A stretch of DNA of 64,000 nucleotides from Candidatus Methylomirabilota bacterium. GTDB taxonomy: Bacteria; Methylomirabilota; Methylomirabilia; Rokubacteriales; CSP1-6. The notes under the pieces were generated by a model. It saw only the letters and a program-made list of their open reading frames with translations. It did not search any database and was not told where the DNA came from. The translations under genes were made by a program, and so were the position numbers. The stretch's first letter is position 1; each line of letters begins with the position of its first letter. Location of the stretch: assembly GCA_035605575.1 (NCBI GenBank), contig DASTCJ010000012.1, forward strand, positions 1,075 to 65,074. The letters are read 5' to 3'. Of the stretch, positions 41,957 through 49,916 are shown in pieces.

Positions 41957-42369
41957 GGCGCGGACTCCGGCTTGACGCCGTGCTCCACCCAGATCTCGCT
42001 CTTGACGGTGGCGCCGGTGCTGGCACTGAGCGCCGCGCTCTTCACGCTGCCCGTCAGCGCGCCAGTGGCGCCGATTTCCACCTTCGTGTCGGCCGAGAGG
42101 TTGCCGCGCACCATCCCATCGATGACGATCGTGCTCGCGCTGATGTTGGCGTCCACGTACCCGCCCTCACCGACGGTGATCGTTCCCTCGACGGCGATGT
42201 CACCCTCGAAGCGGCCCAGGACCACCACCGCGCCGGCGCCGCGCAGCTCGCCTTTCAGCGTGATGCCTTCACCGATGACGGTTGTCGCCTGGTCGTCACC
42301 GCCGATGCCAAATCCCCGAAGCGAGAAGCGATGCTCTGTCAGGCCGAGCAGACGTCGCAAACCCGTCAT
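41953..42369 (-). CDS. bactofilin (DUF583/CcmA-like polymer-forming protein)
   Basis: 139 aa with a Gly/Val/Thr-rich beta-helical repeat core (VIGEGITLKGELRGAGAVVVLGRFEGDIAVEGTITVGEGGYVDANI); 4-nt overlap with the TPR gene. Confidence 0.8.
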   Translation of the reverse strand: MTGLRRLLGLTEHRFSLRGFGIGGDDQATTVIGEGITLKGELRGAGAVVVLGRFEGDIAVEGTITVGEGGYVDANISASTIVIDGMVRGNLSADTKVEIGATGALTGSVKSAALSASTGATVKSEIWVEHGVKPESAP

Positions 42370-42563
42370 CGCAGACGCAGTCCTTTTCGGTATTGGCGGC
42401 CGCACTGGCGGCAGCGCTTCCATCCGACGTAGACTCGGGGCGCCAGACGGCCGCAGTGAGGACAACGTTGATAGACGCGCCAGCCCCACGCCAGCGCGAC
42501 GCCAATGACCACCGCAGCTCCGATGACCAGCGGCGGGCTCGGCCAGCCGTCCACGGCTGCCAC
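42366..42563 (-). CDS. small membrane zinc-ribbon protein (TM helix plus CPHCG...CRQCG)
   Basis: 66 aa from GTG 42563; 4-nt overlap with the bactofilin start; the N-terminal part of six-frame ORF 42366..42731 crosses the tandem repeat and is unlikely to be coding. Confidence 0.35.
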   Translation of the reverse strand: MAAVDGWPSPPLVIGAAVVIGVALAWGWRVYQRCPHCGRLAPRVYVGWKRCRQCGRQYRKGLRLR

Positions 42564-42591
42564 TCTAGCCCTGAACAGCGTTCCTGGGAAG

Positions 42592-42619
42592 ATTCTGGAA
42601 TCGGAATTCTGGAATCGGA
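42592..42619. repeat. tandem direct repeat, 2 copies of ATTCTGGAATCGGA (plus a degenerate third copy upstream)
   Basis: seen directly in the sequence, in an AT-richer divergent intergenic region between the bactofilin operon and a small + strand gene. Confidence 0.8.
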
Positions 42620-42746
42620 ATACACAGCGGCCGCGGCCGCCGCGGACACTCGCGTGCAGTGACGCGCACTTCGTTGCGCCGCTGTCACGCGCGCTAGAGG
42701 CACATGCCTTGCAGTCCCCGCCCCGGACCAATCACCAGGAGGGGTC

Positions 42747-42941
42747 ATGAACGCGATGCAGAGGTTGTCGCTCGAAGTCGAGCTGATGTCGGAGCCGTGC
42801 CTTTGGCGGTGGGAGATCCGCGATCCGGAGCGCGGTGAAGTGGTCGAGAGCAGCTGGGCGCGCGAGTGGATGGCCTACGAGTCCCCTGAAGAAGCGGAGC
42901 GCGCTGGTCGCCAGCGCCTGCGATCGCTCGCTCGCCGCTGA
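42747..42941 (+). CDS. hypothetical 64-aa protein
   Basis: AGGAGG RBS 7 nt upstream of the ATG; no recognisable domain. Confidence 0.45.
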   Translation: MNAMQRLSLEVELMSEPCLWRWEIRDPERGEVVESSWAREWMAYESPEEAERAGRQRLRSLARR

Positions 42942-42990
42942 CCGGGTCGAGAGCCCCGCCCATCGGCGGGGCTCCGAACACCGCACCTCG

Positions 42991-43233
42991 CTACATTCCG
43001 AGCTTCGCCAGTCCTTCCTTGGCCGCTTTCTCGGACTCGGCGTGCTTGCCATCCTTGTGGAGACGCTCGGCCTCCGCCGCCTTCACGCGCGCCTCGTATG
43101 CGGCGGCGTCGAGCCGGTTGCTCGCCACGGCGTTGATCTGGGCCACGAGCTTGGGGCACTGGAAAGCGTCGGCAGCTCCACCGACGAGCAACACGCTGAA
43201 TCCGGCCATGGCCACGACGACGAGACGCCCCAT
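42991..43233 (-). CDS. hypothetical small secreted protein (80 aa)
   Basis: signal peptide MGRLVVVAMAGFSVLLVGGAADA; AGGAGG RBS upstream; Lys/Ala/Glu-rich mature part. Confidence 0.5.
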   Translation of the reverse strand: MGRLVVVAMAGFSVLLVGGAADAFQCPKLVAQINAVASNRLDAAAYEARVKAAEAERLHKDGKHAESEKAAKEGLAKLGM

Positions 43234-43284
43234 CGACCACCTCCTGGTGAGTGTGGAACCGGACGGCAGTATAGCCCGAACGGC

Positions 43285-43602
43285 TCAGCCGCCGATGTCC
43301 ACGAAGAGGTTGCCATCCTCCTCGGCGATCGGATAGCAGGCGACCTTGACCGCGGGGTTGTTGACGTTGGCACCGGTCGTCACGTCCCAGCGCCACGCAT
43401 GCCACGGACAGAGGACGATCGCGCCCTCGAGATCGCCTTCGCCGAGCGGGCCGCCGCGGTGGCTACACTCGTTGTCGATCGCGTAGAATGCCCCATCCAC
43501 ATTGAAAACCGCCAGCGTTCGCCCGGCCGCCTCGAAGACGCGTCCGCTACCGAGCGGAACGTCGGCCGCTCGCGCCACCCGCACGCGCTGTCCCGCACTC
43601 AT
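43285..43602 (-). CDS. Rieske (2Fe-2S) domain protein (NirD-like small subunit / Rieske ferredoxin)
   Basis: CSHRGGPL...CPWHAWRWD Rieske ligand boxes; 106 aa. Confidence 0.85.
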   Translation of the reverse strand: MSAGQRVRVARAADVPLGSGRVFEAAGRTLAVFNVDGAFYAIDNECSHRGGPLGEGDLEGAIVLCPWHAWRWDVTTGANVNNPAVKVACYPIAEEDGNLFVDIGG

Positions 43603-43714
43603 CGTCACCCCCGCCCCTGTCCTAGCGGCCGCGCCGGCGGCTGTCAAGACGGCCGGCGGCCCGGTTCTTGATGCAAAGTACCCACGGACGACGCCACACG
43701 ACAAGGAGCTTGCG

Positions 43715-44092
43715 ATGCCACAAGGGTCCACGACGTTTCACGAGTCGGAAGAGCGGCTGTCACCGCGCACGCGCGACATGCACCGGGCGATCGTCAGCCT
43801 GATGGAGGAGCTCGAGGCCATCGACTGGTATCAGCAGCGCATGGACGCCACCGAGGATGGGGAGCTCCGTGAGATCCTGCGTCACAACCGGGACGAGGAG
43901 AAGGAGCATGCGGCGATGGTGCTCGAATGGATCCGCCGTCGCGACGACGGGTTCTCCGGCGTCCTGAAGACGTACCTCTTCAGCGAAGGCTCGATCACCG
44001 AGCTCGAGGACGTGGTCGAGAAGGGCAACGGCAACGGCGCACGCCTGGGCACGCGCGCGTCGGTCGGCTCCCTGCGTGGAGGCGGGCGATGA
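43715..44092 (+). CDS. encapsulated ferritin-like protein (EncFtn) with a C-terminal encapsulin targeting peptide
   Basis: EncFtn core (RDMHRAIVSLMEELEAIDWYQQR...HNRDEEKEHAAMVLEW); C-terminal Gly-rich linker then SVGSLRGGGR, matching the Family-1 cargo-loading peptide; AAGGAG RBS. Confidence 0.8.
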   Translation: MPQGSTTFHESEERLSPRTRDMHRAIVSLMEELEAIDWYQQRMDATEDGELREILRHNRDEEKEHAAMVLEWIRRRDDGFSGVLKTYLFSEGSITELEDVVEKGNGNGARLGTRASVGSLRGGGR

Positions 44093-44901
44093 GCGACTAT
44101 CTGCGGCGTCACACCGCTCCGGTTTCCGACCGCGTCTGGAAGGCCCTCGACGAGGCGGTGGCCCAGGCCGCCCGTCACGTGCTCGCCGCGCGGCGCATCG
44201 CCACGTTCGACGGACCCCACGGCTGGGATCACGTCGCCGCACGCACCGGCTCGATGACCCCGTGCGGAGCGCCCGAAGGCCGCGCGGTCGTCTGCGTGCC
44301 CGAGGTGGTCCTGCTCTGCGAGATCCGCGTCGACTTCGCGCTGCCATGGTCCTCGATCGAAGTCTTCGAGCGCGGCGCGCCGGTGCTCGACACCGGCCCC
44401 GCCGAGGCCGCCGCGCGGGAAGCGGCGCTCGCCGAAGATCGGCTGGCCTTTTACGGTGACCCGGTCGGCGGCGGATTCTTGACCGGCAAGGAGAGTCCCC
44501 GCGTCAAGGCGCAGACCTGGTCGCGCGGCGCCGAGATGCTCGGCGACCTCCTGCGCGCCGTGGAGACGCTCGACGAGCGCGGAGTTCCCGGTCCCTACGA
44601 AGCCGTGCTGCCCACGGCCCGGTATTACGCCTATCTGCAAGCCGTCGATGACAGCGGTTACCCGACGGCGCGGCAGCTCCGCGACGTGTTCGCCAACGTT
44701 CATCGCTCGCCCGTGATCTCCGGGGCCGGGGCCGTGTTCTCGACCCGCGGGGGCGATTTCGTGCTCACCGTCGGCGGGGATCTGGCGGTCGGCTATCGGC
44801 TCCACGACCGGGATCTGGTCCACCTTTTTTGCGCCGAGACTATCGCCGCCCAGACAGTGGCCCCGGAGGCGGTGTGCGTGCTGGAGGCTATCGTCACGTA
44901 A
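44089..44901 (+). CDS. Family 1 encapsulin nanocompartment shell protein (HK97 fold, linocin M18-like)
   Basis: 270 aa; N-terminal region aligns to the T. maritima encapsulin (LRRHTAPVSDRVWKALDEAV...FDGPHGWDH); ATGA overlap with the EncFtn stop. Confidence 0.85.
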   Translation: MSDYLRRHTAPVSDRVWKALDEAVAQAARHVLAARRIATFDGPHGWDHVAARTGSMTPCGAPEGRAVVCVPEVVLLCEIRVDFALPWSSIEVFERGAPVLDTGPAEAAAREAALAEDRLAFYGDPVGGGFLTGKESPRVKAQTWSRGAEMLGDLLRAVETLDERGVPGPYEAVLPTARYYAYLQAVDDSGYPTARQLRDVFANVHRSPVISGAGAVFSTRGGDFVLTVGGDLAVGYRLHDRDLVHLFCAETIAAQTVAPEAVCVLEAIVT

Positions 44902-44972
44902 GCTCGTATATGTAGAAATTACAGGCCGGTAGGTGCACTGAGTTCTCGCACTACGCGAAGTCGCGTGGTACG

Positions 44973-46037
44973 GTGGCTCCGTTGCGCCCGCGTCGTGTGC
45001 CGCTCGTCGTGCTCTCGTTGGTCCTCGTTGCTATTACTCTGCTCGCTCTGCCCGTCAGCGTGCTCCATGCCGATCCGCCGACGTCGGCGGTGCCCGCGCA
45101 TCATCTCCTGCGGGGATACCGCAACGTCGACGGGACGTACCGCTATACGGTGCTCGATCGAGCCGAGCGGCTGCTCAAGCAGACCCTCGCGGGCTGGCCC
45201 GAGCGCGGCGAGAGGCCCCGGGTGCTGCCCAACGACGGTGCGGCACTTCGCGCCAACGGCACGCAGCCGACGATCACCTGGATCGGGCATTCGACGCTGC
45301 TCGTGCAGATCGCCGGCGTGAACGTCCTCACCGACCCCATCTGGAGCGATCGCGCCAGTCCGGTGGCCTTCGCGGGCCCGCGACGTCTCGTAGCGCCGGG
45401 TGTGCGCTTCGAGGATCTGCCGCGCATTCACGCCGTGGTGATCTCGCACGACCACTACGACCACCTCGACGCCGACACGATCGCCCGGTTGGTGCGCGTC
45501 CATCATCCCCGGTTCTTCGTGCCGTTGGGGATCAAGGAGTGGCTGCGCGACCACGGCGCGCGTGACGTCGTCGAGCTCGATTGGTGGGAGGCCGCCGACT
45601 TCCGCGGGCTCACCTTCACCTGCACACCCGCGCAGCACTCCTCGGGTCGCGGCCTGCGCGATCAGAATCTACGACTGTGGTCCTCCTGGGTCGTCGCCGG
45701 CGGCGGCAAGAAGCTGTGGTTCGCGGGCGATACCGGGTACACGCCGTCGCTCCGCGAGATCGGCAAGCGGCTCGGTCCCTTCGACCTCGCCGCGGTGCCG
45801 ATCGGCGGTTACAGCGCGTACGAGGCCAAGCATCCGAACCACGTGAATCCCGAGGAGGCGCTCCAGCTCTTCGAAGAGGAGCACGCTCGGCTGATGGTGC
45901 CGATCCACTTCGGGACCTTCGAGCTGAACCGCGAGCCGTTCGCCGAGCCGCCGGCGCGCCTGCTGAGAGCGGCGCTGGCGCAGGGCCTCGAAGAGCGCAT
46001 CGCGATCCTGTCCGCCGGCCAGACGATTCACTGGTAG
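44973..46037 (+). CDS. MBL-fold metallo-hydrolase (NAPE-PLD-like)
   Basis: HDHYDHLD metal-binding motif; N-terminal signal/TM segment; 354 aa. Confidence 0.8.
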   Translation: MAPLRPRRVPLVVLSLVLVAITLLALPVSVLHADPPTSAVPAHHLLRGYRNVDGTYRYTVLDRAERLLKQTLAGWPERGERPRVLPNDGAALRANGTQPTITWIGHSTLLVQIAGVNVLTDPIWSDRASPVAFAGPRRLVAPGVRFEDLPRIHAVVISHDHYDHLDADTIARLVRVHHPRFFVPLGIKEWLRDHGARDVVELDWWEAADFRGLTFTCTPAQHSSGRGLRDQNLRLWSSWVVAGGGKKLWFAGDTGYTPSLREIGKRLGPFDLAAVPIGGYSAYEAKHPNHVNPEEALQLFEEEHARLMVPIHFGTFELNREPFAEPPARLLRAALAQGLEERIAILSAGQTIHW

Positions 46038-48058
46038 TCGGGCGCCGCACACCGCAGCCACGCCCGTAGCACTTCCGCCACGCTCCATGCCTGCGCGACG
46101 CAGCCACGCGGAGTGAACGGCGCCTCGGCGTCGAAGATCTCGCTGATGCTTCCGACGCACGCCTCGTTCAAGTGATTCTTGAAGCCGCCGAGCCAGCGCC
46201 GGGCGCCGTCGCGGTCGGCGGGGTGGACACGCAGCCAGGCATCGACGAACGGACCGATGAGCCACGCCCACACGGTGCCCTGGTGATAGGCGGCGTCGCG
46301 CGCGCGGAGATCGCCGAAGTAGCGCGGCTTGTAGTCGGGATGATCGCGCGCCAGCGAGCGCAGACCGACCGGTGTCAGCAGTCGCTCGCGGACGACGTCC
46401 ACCACGCGCTCCCAGCGCGCGGCGTCGAGGACGGGATGCGGCAGCGACACCGCGAAGATCTGATTCGGTCGACACGCCGGGTCGTCACCCTGCTCGCCGT
46501 CGATGACGTCGTAGAGGTAGTCGCCGTCCTTGTACCAGAAGCGCGCGTTGAAGGCACGCCCCGCCTGCGCCGCCAGATCGCCGTAAGGCTGCGCGGCCGC
46601 GTCGCCGTCGGTGTCGCGCGTCCATCGCTCGAGCAGCCGGAGCGCGTTGTACCAGAGCGCGTTGATCTCCACCGGCTTTCCCCGGCGCGGCGTCACGATC
46701 CAGTCGCCCACCTTGGCGTCCATCCATGTCAGCGGGAGCGCCTCGAAGCCCTGGCGAAGGAGACCGTCGGCGGGATCGACGCCGATGCCGAACCGCGTCC
46801 CCCGCACGTGGTGGCCGATGATCTCGCGCAGCACGGGCAGCACGAGGCCGAGCGTGGTCAGGTCACCGGTCGCGTCGAGATAACGGTCGAGGGCGTGGAA
46901 GAGCCAGAGTGTTGCGTCGGCCGTGTGATACACGCCCTGGTTCTGCCCCTCGGGGAACAGATTCGGGATGAGGCCATCGTGGACGGACTGGGTGAACGTC
47001 CTCAAGATGTAGCCGGCCTCCGGCTGGCGGCCGGTGGCGAGGGTGAGGCCCTCCAGGCTGATCATCGTGTCGCGGCCCCAGTCGGTGAACCAGTGGTAGC
47101 CGGCGATCACGGTGCGCACGTCGTCGCCGGCGGCGCGCGCGCGCGCGGCGTCCTCGACGCGGCCGTTCGGCGTGATGACGAACTGATCGGCGGCGAGGAC
47201 CAGATCGGCCGCGAAGCCCGAGCGCGCGGCAGACGGCGCGGCGGCGAGCAGGCGGCGACGCCGCTCGCGCTCCGCGGTGCGCGCCGCGTCCGGCGTGAGG
47301 GCGAGCATGACCGACCAGTCCTCGGTGGACCCGATGAGCGTCGCGTCGCCGCCGATGGAGAGCTCGCCGTGAAACTCGCCGGGACTCCAGAGCGCGCCCC
47401 TGTCGTCGTACCCGCGACTGCTCTCCACCGTGTAGAGCACTTCGTCGATGCGCCGGCCGTCGACCGTGAACGCCGCGCGATCACCGACGAGAAAGAGTCG
47501 GAGCGCCGGGAGCGCGGCCGGGCCACGAATCTCGTAGCGATCGCCCGTGACGCTGAGCGTGTAGGTCGCGGGAGTGTTCTCGCTGACGGGCGCATCGTGC
47601 AGCCGGAAGTGCAGCGCCGGACGCAGCTCGAGTCCGAGCGGCCCGCCGCCGGAGACGAGACGGTAGCGGAGATGGACGGTGTTCTGTCGGTGCGGCATCA
47701 AGAGCTGCTTCTCCACCACCGCGTCGCCCACCCGGTATCGCCACACCGGCAGACCGGTCTCGAGACGGTAGTCGCTCAGCCGCGCCGCGTGAGAACCGGC
47801 GCCACCGACGACGGACACGGCACCGTCGGGGCCATGAAACGACTCTGCGACCTGATTCAGCATGACGACTCGGCCGAGCGGAGCGGGCAGCGCGGCGATG
47901 AGCAGGCCGTGATAGCGCCGCGTGGCGACGCCGGCGACGGTACCTGAGGCGTAGCCGCCGAGCCCGTTGGTGACGAGCCACTCGCGCGTGAGCAGCGGCT
48001 CCCCGTCCTGCCCGCCGCTTTCGGTCAGCTCGATGTGCCGAACGCGGTCGGCGGTCAT
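46028..48058 (-). CDS. glycogen debranching enzyme (amylo-alpha-1,6-glucosidase, GDE_N+GDE_C archaeal type)
   Basis: 677-aa in-frame segment starting MTADRVRHIELTES; (alpha/alpha)6 GDE_C motifs (GYHWFTDWGRDTMISL); upstream codons of ORF 46028..49243 overlap treZ in another frame and are artefactual. Confidence 0.8.
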   Translation of the reverse strand: MTADRVRHIELTESGGQDGEPLLTREWLVTNGLGGYASGTVAGVATRRYHGLLIAALPAPLGRVVMLNQVAESFHGPDGAVSVVGGAGSHAARLSDYRLETGLPVWRYRVGDAVVEKQLLMPHRQNTVHLRYRLVSGGGPLGLELRPALHFRLHDAPVSENTPATYTLSVTGDRYEIRGPAALPALRLFLVGDRAAFTVDGRRIDEVLYTVESSRGYDDRGALWSPGEFHGELSIGGDATLIGSTEDWSVMLALTPDAARTAERERRRRLLAAAPSAARSGFAADLVLAADQFVITPNGRVEDAARARAAGDDVRTVIAGYHWFTDWGRDTMISLEGLTLATGRQPEAGYILRTFTQSVHDGLIPNLFPEGQNQGVYHTADATLWLFHALDRYLDATGDLTTLGLVLPVLREIIGHHVRGTRFGIGVDPADGLLRQGFEALPLTWMDAKVGDWIVTPRRGKPVEINALWYNALRLLERWTRDTDGDAAAQPYGDLAAQAGRAFNARFWYKDGDYLYDVIDGEQGDDPACRPNQIFAVSLPHPVLDAARWERVVDVVRERLLTPVGLRSLARDHPDYKPRYFGDLRARDAAYHQGTVWAWLIGPFVDAWLRVHPADRDGARRWLGGFKNHLNEACVGSISEIFDAEAPFTPRGCVAQAWSVAEVLRAWLRCAAPDYQ

Positions 48059-49911
48059 CGCGTGCGGGGGCCGGGTCGGAACACGAGCGCAGTCTGCGCT
48101 GGCAGCCGCCACGGGCCGTCGGGATCGAACGGAGCAGCGCCAGATCCGCCGTACCGGGGGTCTTCCGTCGACCACGTGAGGTGCCAGCGGGCGTCCTCGG
48201 GCGGAGCGAGCAGCGGCTCGGGAACGACCGCGAGCGGCAGGTCGGCACCGAGGTTGACGACGAGCAGCCGGTCGCCCGCCTCTTCCCCGAAGAAGCGAAT
48301 CGCGAAGGCCTCGGGACCCAGCACGGCGCCGTCGACGCCGTGCGCTCCCTGGGTGCTGAACACCGCGTCCTGACGGCGCAGTGCGAGCAGGTCGCGGTGC
48401 AGCGCGTAACTCGGCCCATGACGCACGCGCTCGCCGAGATCGAGCTTGCACGCCTCGAAGGTCGAGGCCGCGCCGGGATCGGGCACGCAGGCGCTGACGT
48501 CCGCGGCGGCGATGCTCGGGAATTGCGCCAGGAATTCCGTCCGGCCCTTGCGGACCAGCTCGGTCAGCTCGGCCCGATGGTCGGCGAAATACAAGAACGG
48601 CGTCGAGGCGGCGAACTCCTGGCCCTGGAAGAGCATCGGCGTCGCCGGGGCAAGCAGCAGCAGCGCGGTCATCGCCCGCCAGCGTCCGGGACCGGTCAGC
48701 ACATGCAGGCGCTCGCCGCGCGCCGAGTTCGCGACCTGGTCGTGATTCTGGATGTAGGCGACGAAGGCGGCCGGCGGCACGTCGCGGGCCGGCACGCCGC
48801 GTCGCTTGCCCTGCCACGCGTAGTATTGCCCCTGATACAGGTAGCCATGCTTGACGGCGGACACGAGCTCTTGCGGGCGCCCGCCATAGTCGGAGTAGTA
48901 GGCCTCGGCGCGGCCGGTGAGGGCGACGCGGGCGGTGTGATGAAAGTCGTCGTTCCAGACCGCATCGAGTCCATACCCGCCGCGCTCGGGCGGGCGCACC
49001 AGGCGCGCGTGCTGTGGCTCGTTCTCGGCGACGAAAAACACGCGGCGCTGCGGCGCCGCCGCCCGCGCGCGCTCGACAATGTCGACGAGCACGTGACGCG
49101 GCGAGGCGTCGAACATCTGCTGGGTGGCGTCGAGGCGAAGCCCATCCATGTGGAACTCGTCGATCCAGTACGCCGCGTTCGCGCCGAAGAACTCGCGCAC
49201 GGGACCCGCGTCGGGCCCGTCGAAGTTGATCGCCTGACCCCACTCGTTGCGATAGCGATCGGTGAAGTACTGCGAGGCGAACGCTCCGAGGTAGTTGCCG
49301 TCGGGTCCGAGATGATTGTAAACGACGTCGAGAATCACGCCGATGCCCGCCGCGTGCGCTCGGTCCACGAAGTGGCGGAGATCGTCAGGCGCGCCGTAGA
49401 GTCGCGTCGGTGCGAAGAGCGACACACCGTCGTAGCCCCAGCCAAATCCTCCCGGGAAATCCGCGACCGGCATCATCTCGATCACCGTCACCCCGAAGCG
49501 CGCCAGCTCCGGCAGCTCGGCGGCGGCCGCCCGCCATGTCCCTTCGCGCGTGAAGGTGCCCACGTGCATCTCGTAGATCACCTGCCCGCCCCGCGGAACG
49601 CCGGGCCAGCCCGCGTCGCTCCAGCGGAAGCTGTCGGGATCGACCACCGCCGACGCACCGTGCGGGCCATCGGGCTGCCACCGCGATACGGGATCGGGAT
49701 ACGACTCGCCGGCGTCGAGGCGGTAGCGATAGCGGCCGCCCACGCCGATGGCGGCGACGCCGGAAAAGTACCCGCCGGGCTCCGGCTTCAGCGGAGTGAT
49801 CGCACCGGTCTCGTCTTCAACGTCGACCGAGGTTGCACGCGGCGCCCACACACGGAAGTGGGTCCCGTGCCCGCGCGGCTCCGCCCCGACCGGAAGGCGT
49901 CGTGTCGGCAT
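48055..49911 (-). CDS. treZ: malto-oligosyltrehalose trehalohydrolase (GH13)
   Basis: N-terminal E-set domain (FRVWAP), PDPVSRWQPDGPHGASAVVD, VIYEMHVGTFT and GH13 catalytic regions (GFRLDA-like DGLRLDAT, NHD); 4-nt overlap with the GDE gene. Confidence 0.85.
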   Translation of the reverse strand: MPTRRLPVGAEPRGHGTHFRVWAPRATSVDVEDETGAITPLKPEPGGYFSGVAAIGVGGRYRYRLDAGESYPDPVSRWQPDGPHGASAVVDPDSFRWSDAGWPGVPRGGQVIYEMHVGTFTREGTWRAAAAELPELARFGVTVIEMMPVADFPGGFGWGYDGVSLFAPTRLYGAPDDLRHFVDRAHAAGIGVILDVVYNHLGPDGNYLGAFASQYFTDRYRNEWGQAINFDGPDAGPVREFFGANAAYWIDEFHMDGLRLDATQQMFDASPRHVLVDIVERARAAAPQRRVFFVAENEPQHARLVRPPERGGYGLDAVWNDDFHHTARVALTGRAEAYYSDYGGRPQELVSAVKHGYLYQGQYYAWQGKRRGVPARDVPPAAFVAYIQNHDQVANSARGERLHVLTGPGRWRAMTALLLLAPATPMLFQGQEFAASTPFLYFADHRAELTELVRKGRTEFLAQFPSIAAADVSACVPDPGAASTFEACKLDLGERVRHGPSYALHRDLLALRRQDAVFSTQGAHGVDGAVLGPEAFAIRFFGEEAGDRLLVVNLGADLPLAVVPEPLLAPPEDARWHLTWSTEDPRYGGSGAAPFDPDGPWRLPAQTALVFRPGPRTR

Positions 49912-49916
49912 AGGCC

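Noticed and set aside
42564-42731. N-terminal 56 codons of ORF 42366..42731
   Set aside because: It crosses the tandem 14-bp repeat and the AT-rich promoter-like region and translates to low-complexity sequence. The coding part is more plausibly the C-terminal 66 aa from GTG 42563.
48059-49243. 395-codon N-terminal extension of the debranching-enzyme ORF
   Set aside because: It overlaps treZ, which has strong GH13/TreZ motifs, in a different frame. It is low-complexity Arg/Ala/Pro sequence. GDE homology starts at MTADRV (48058).
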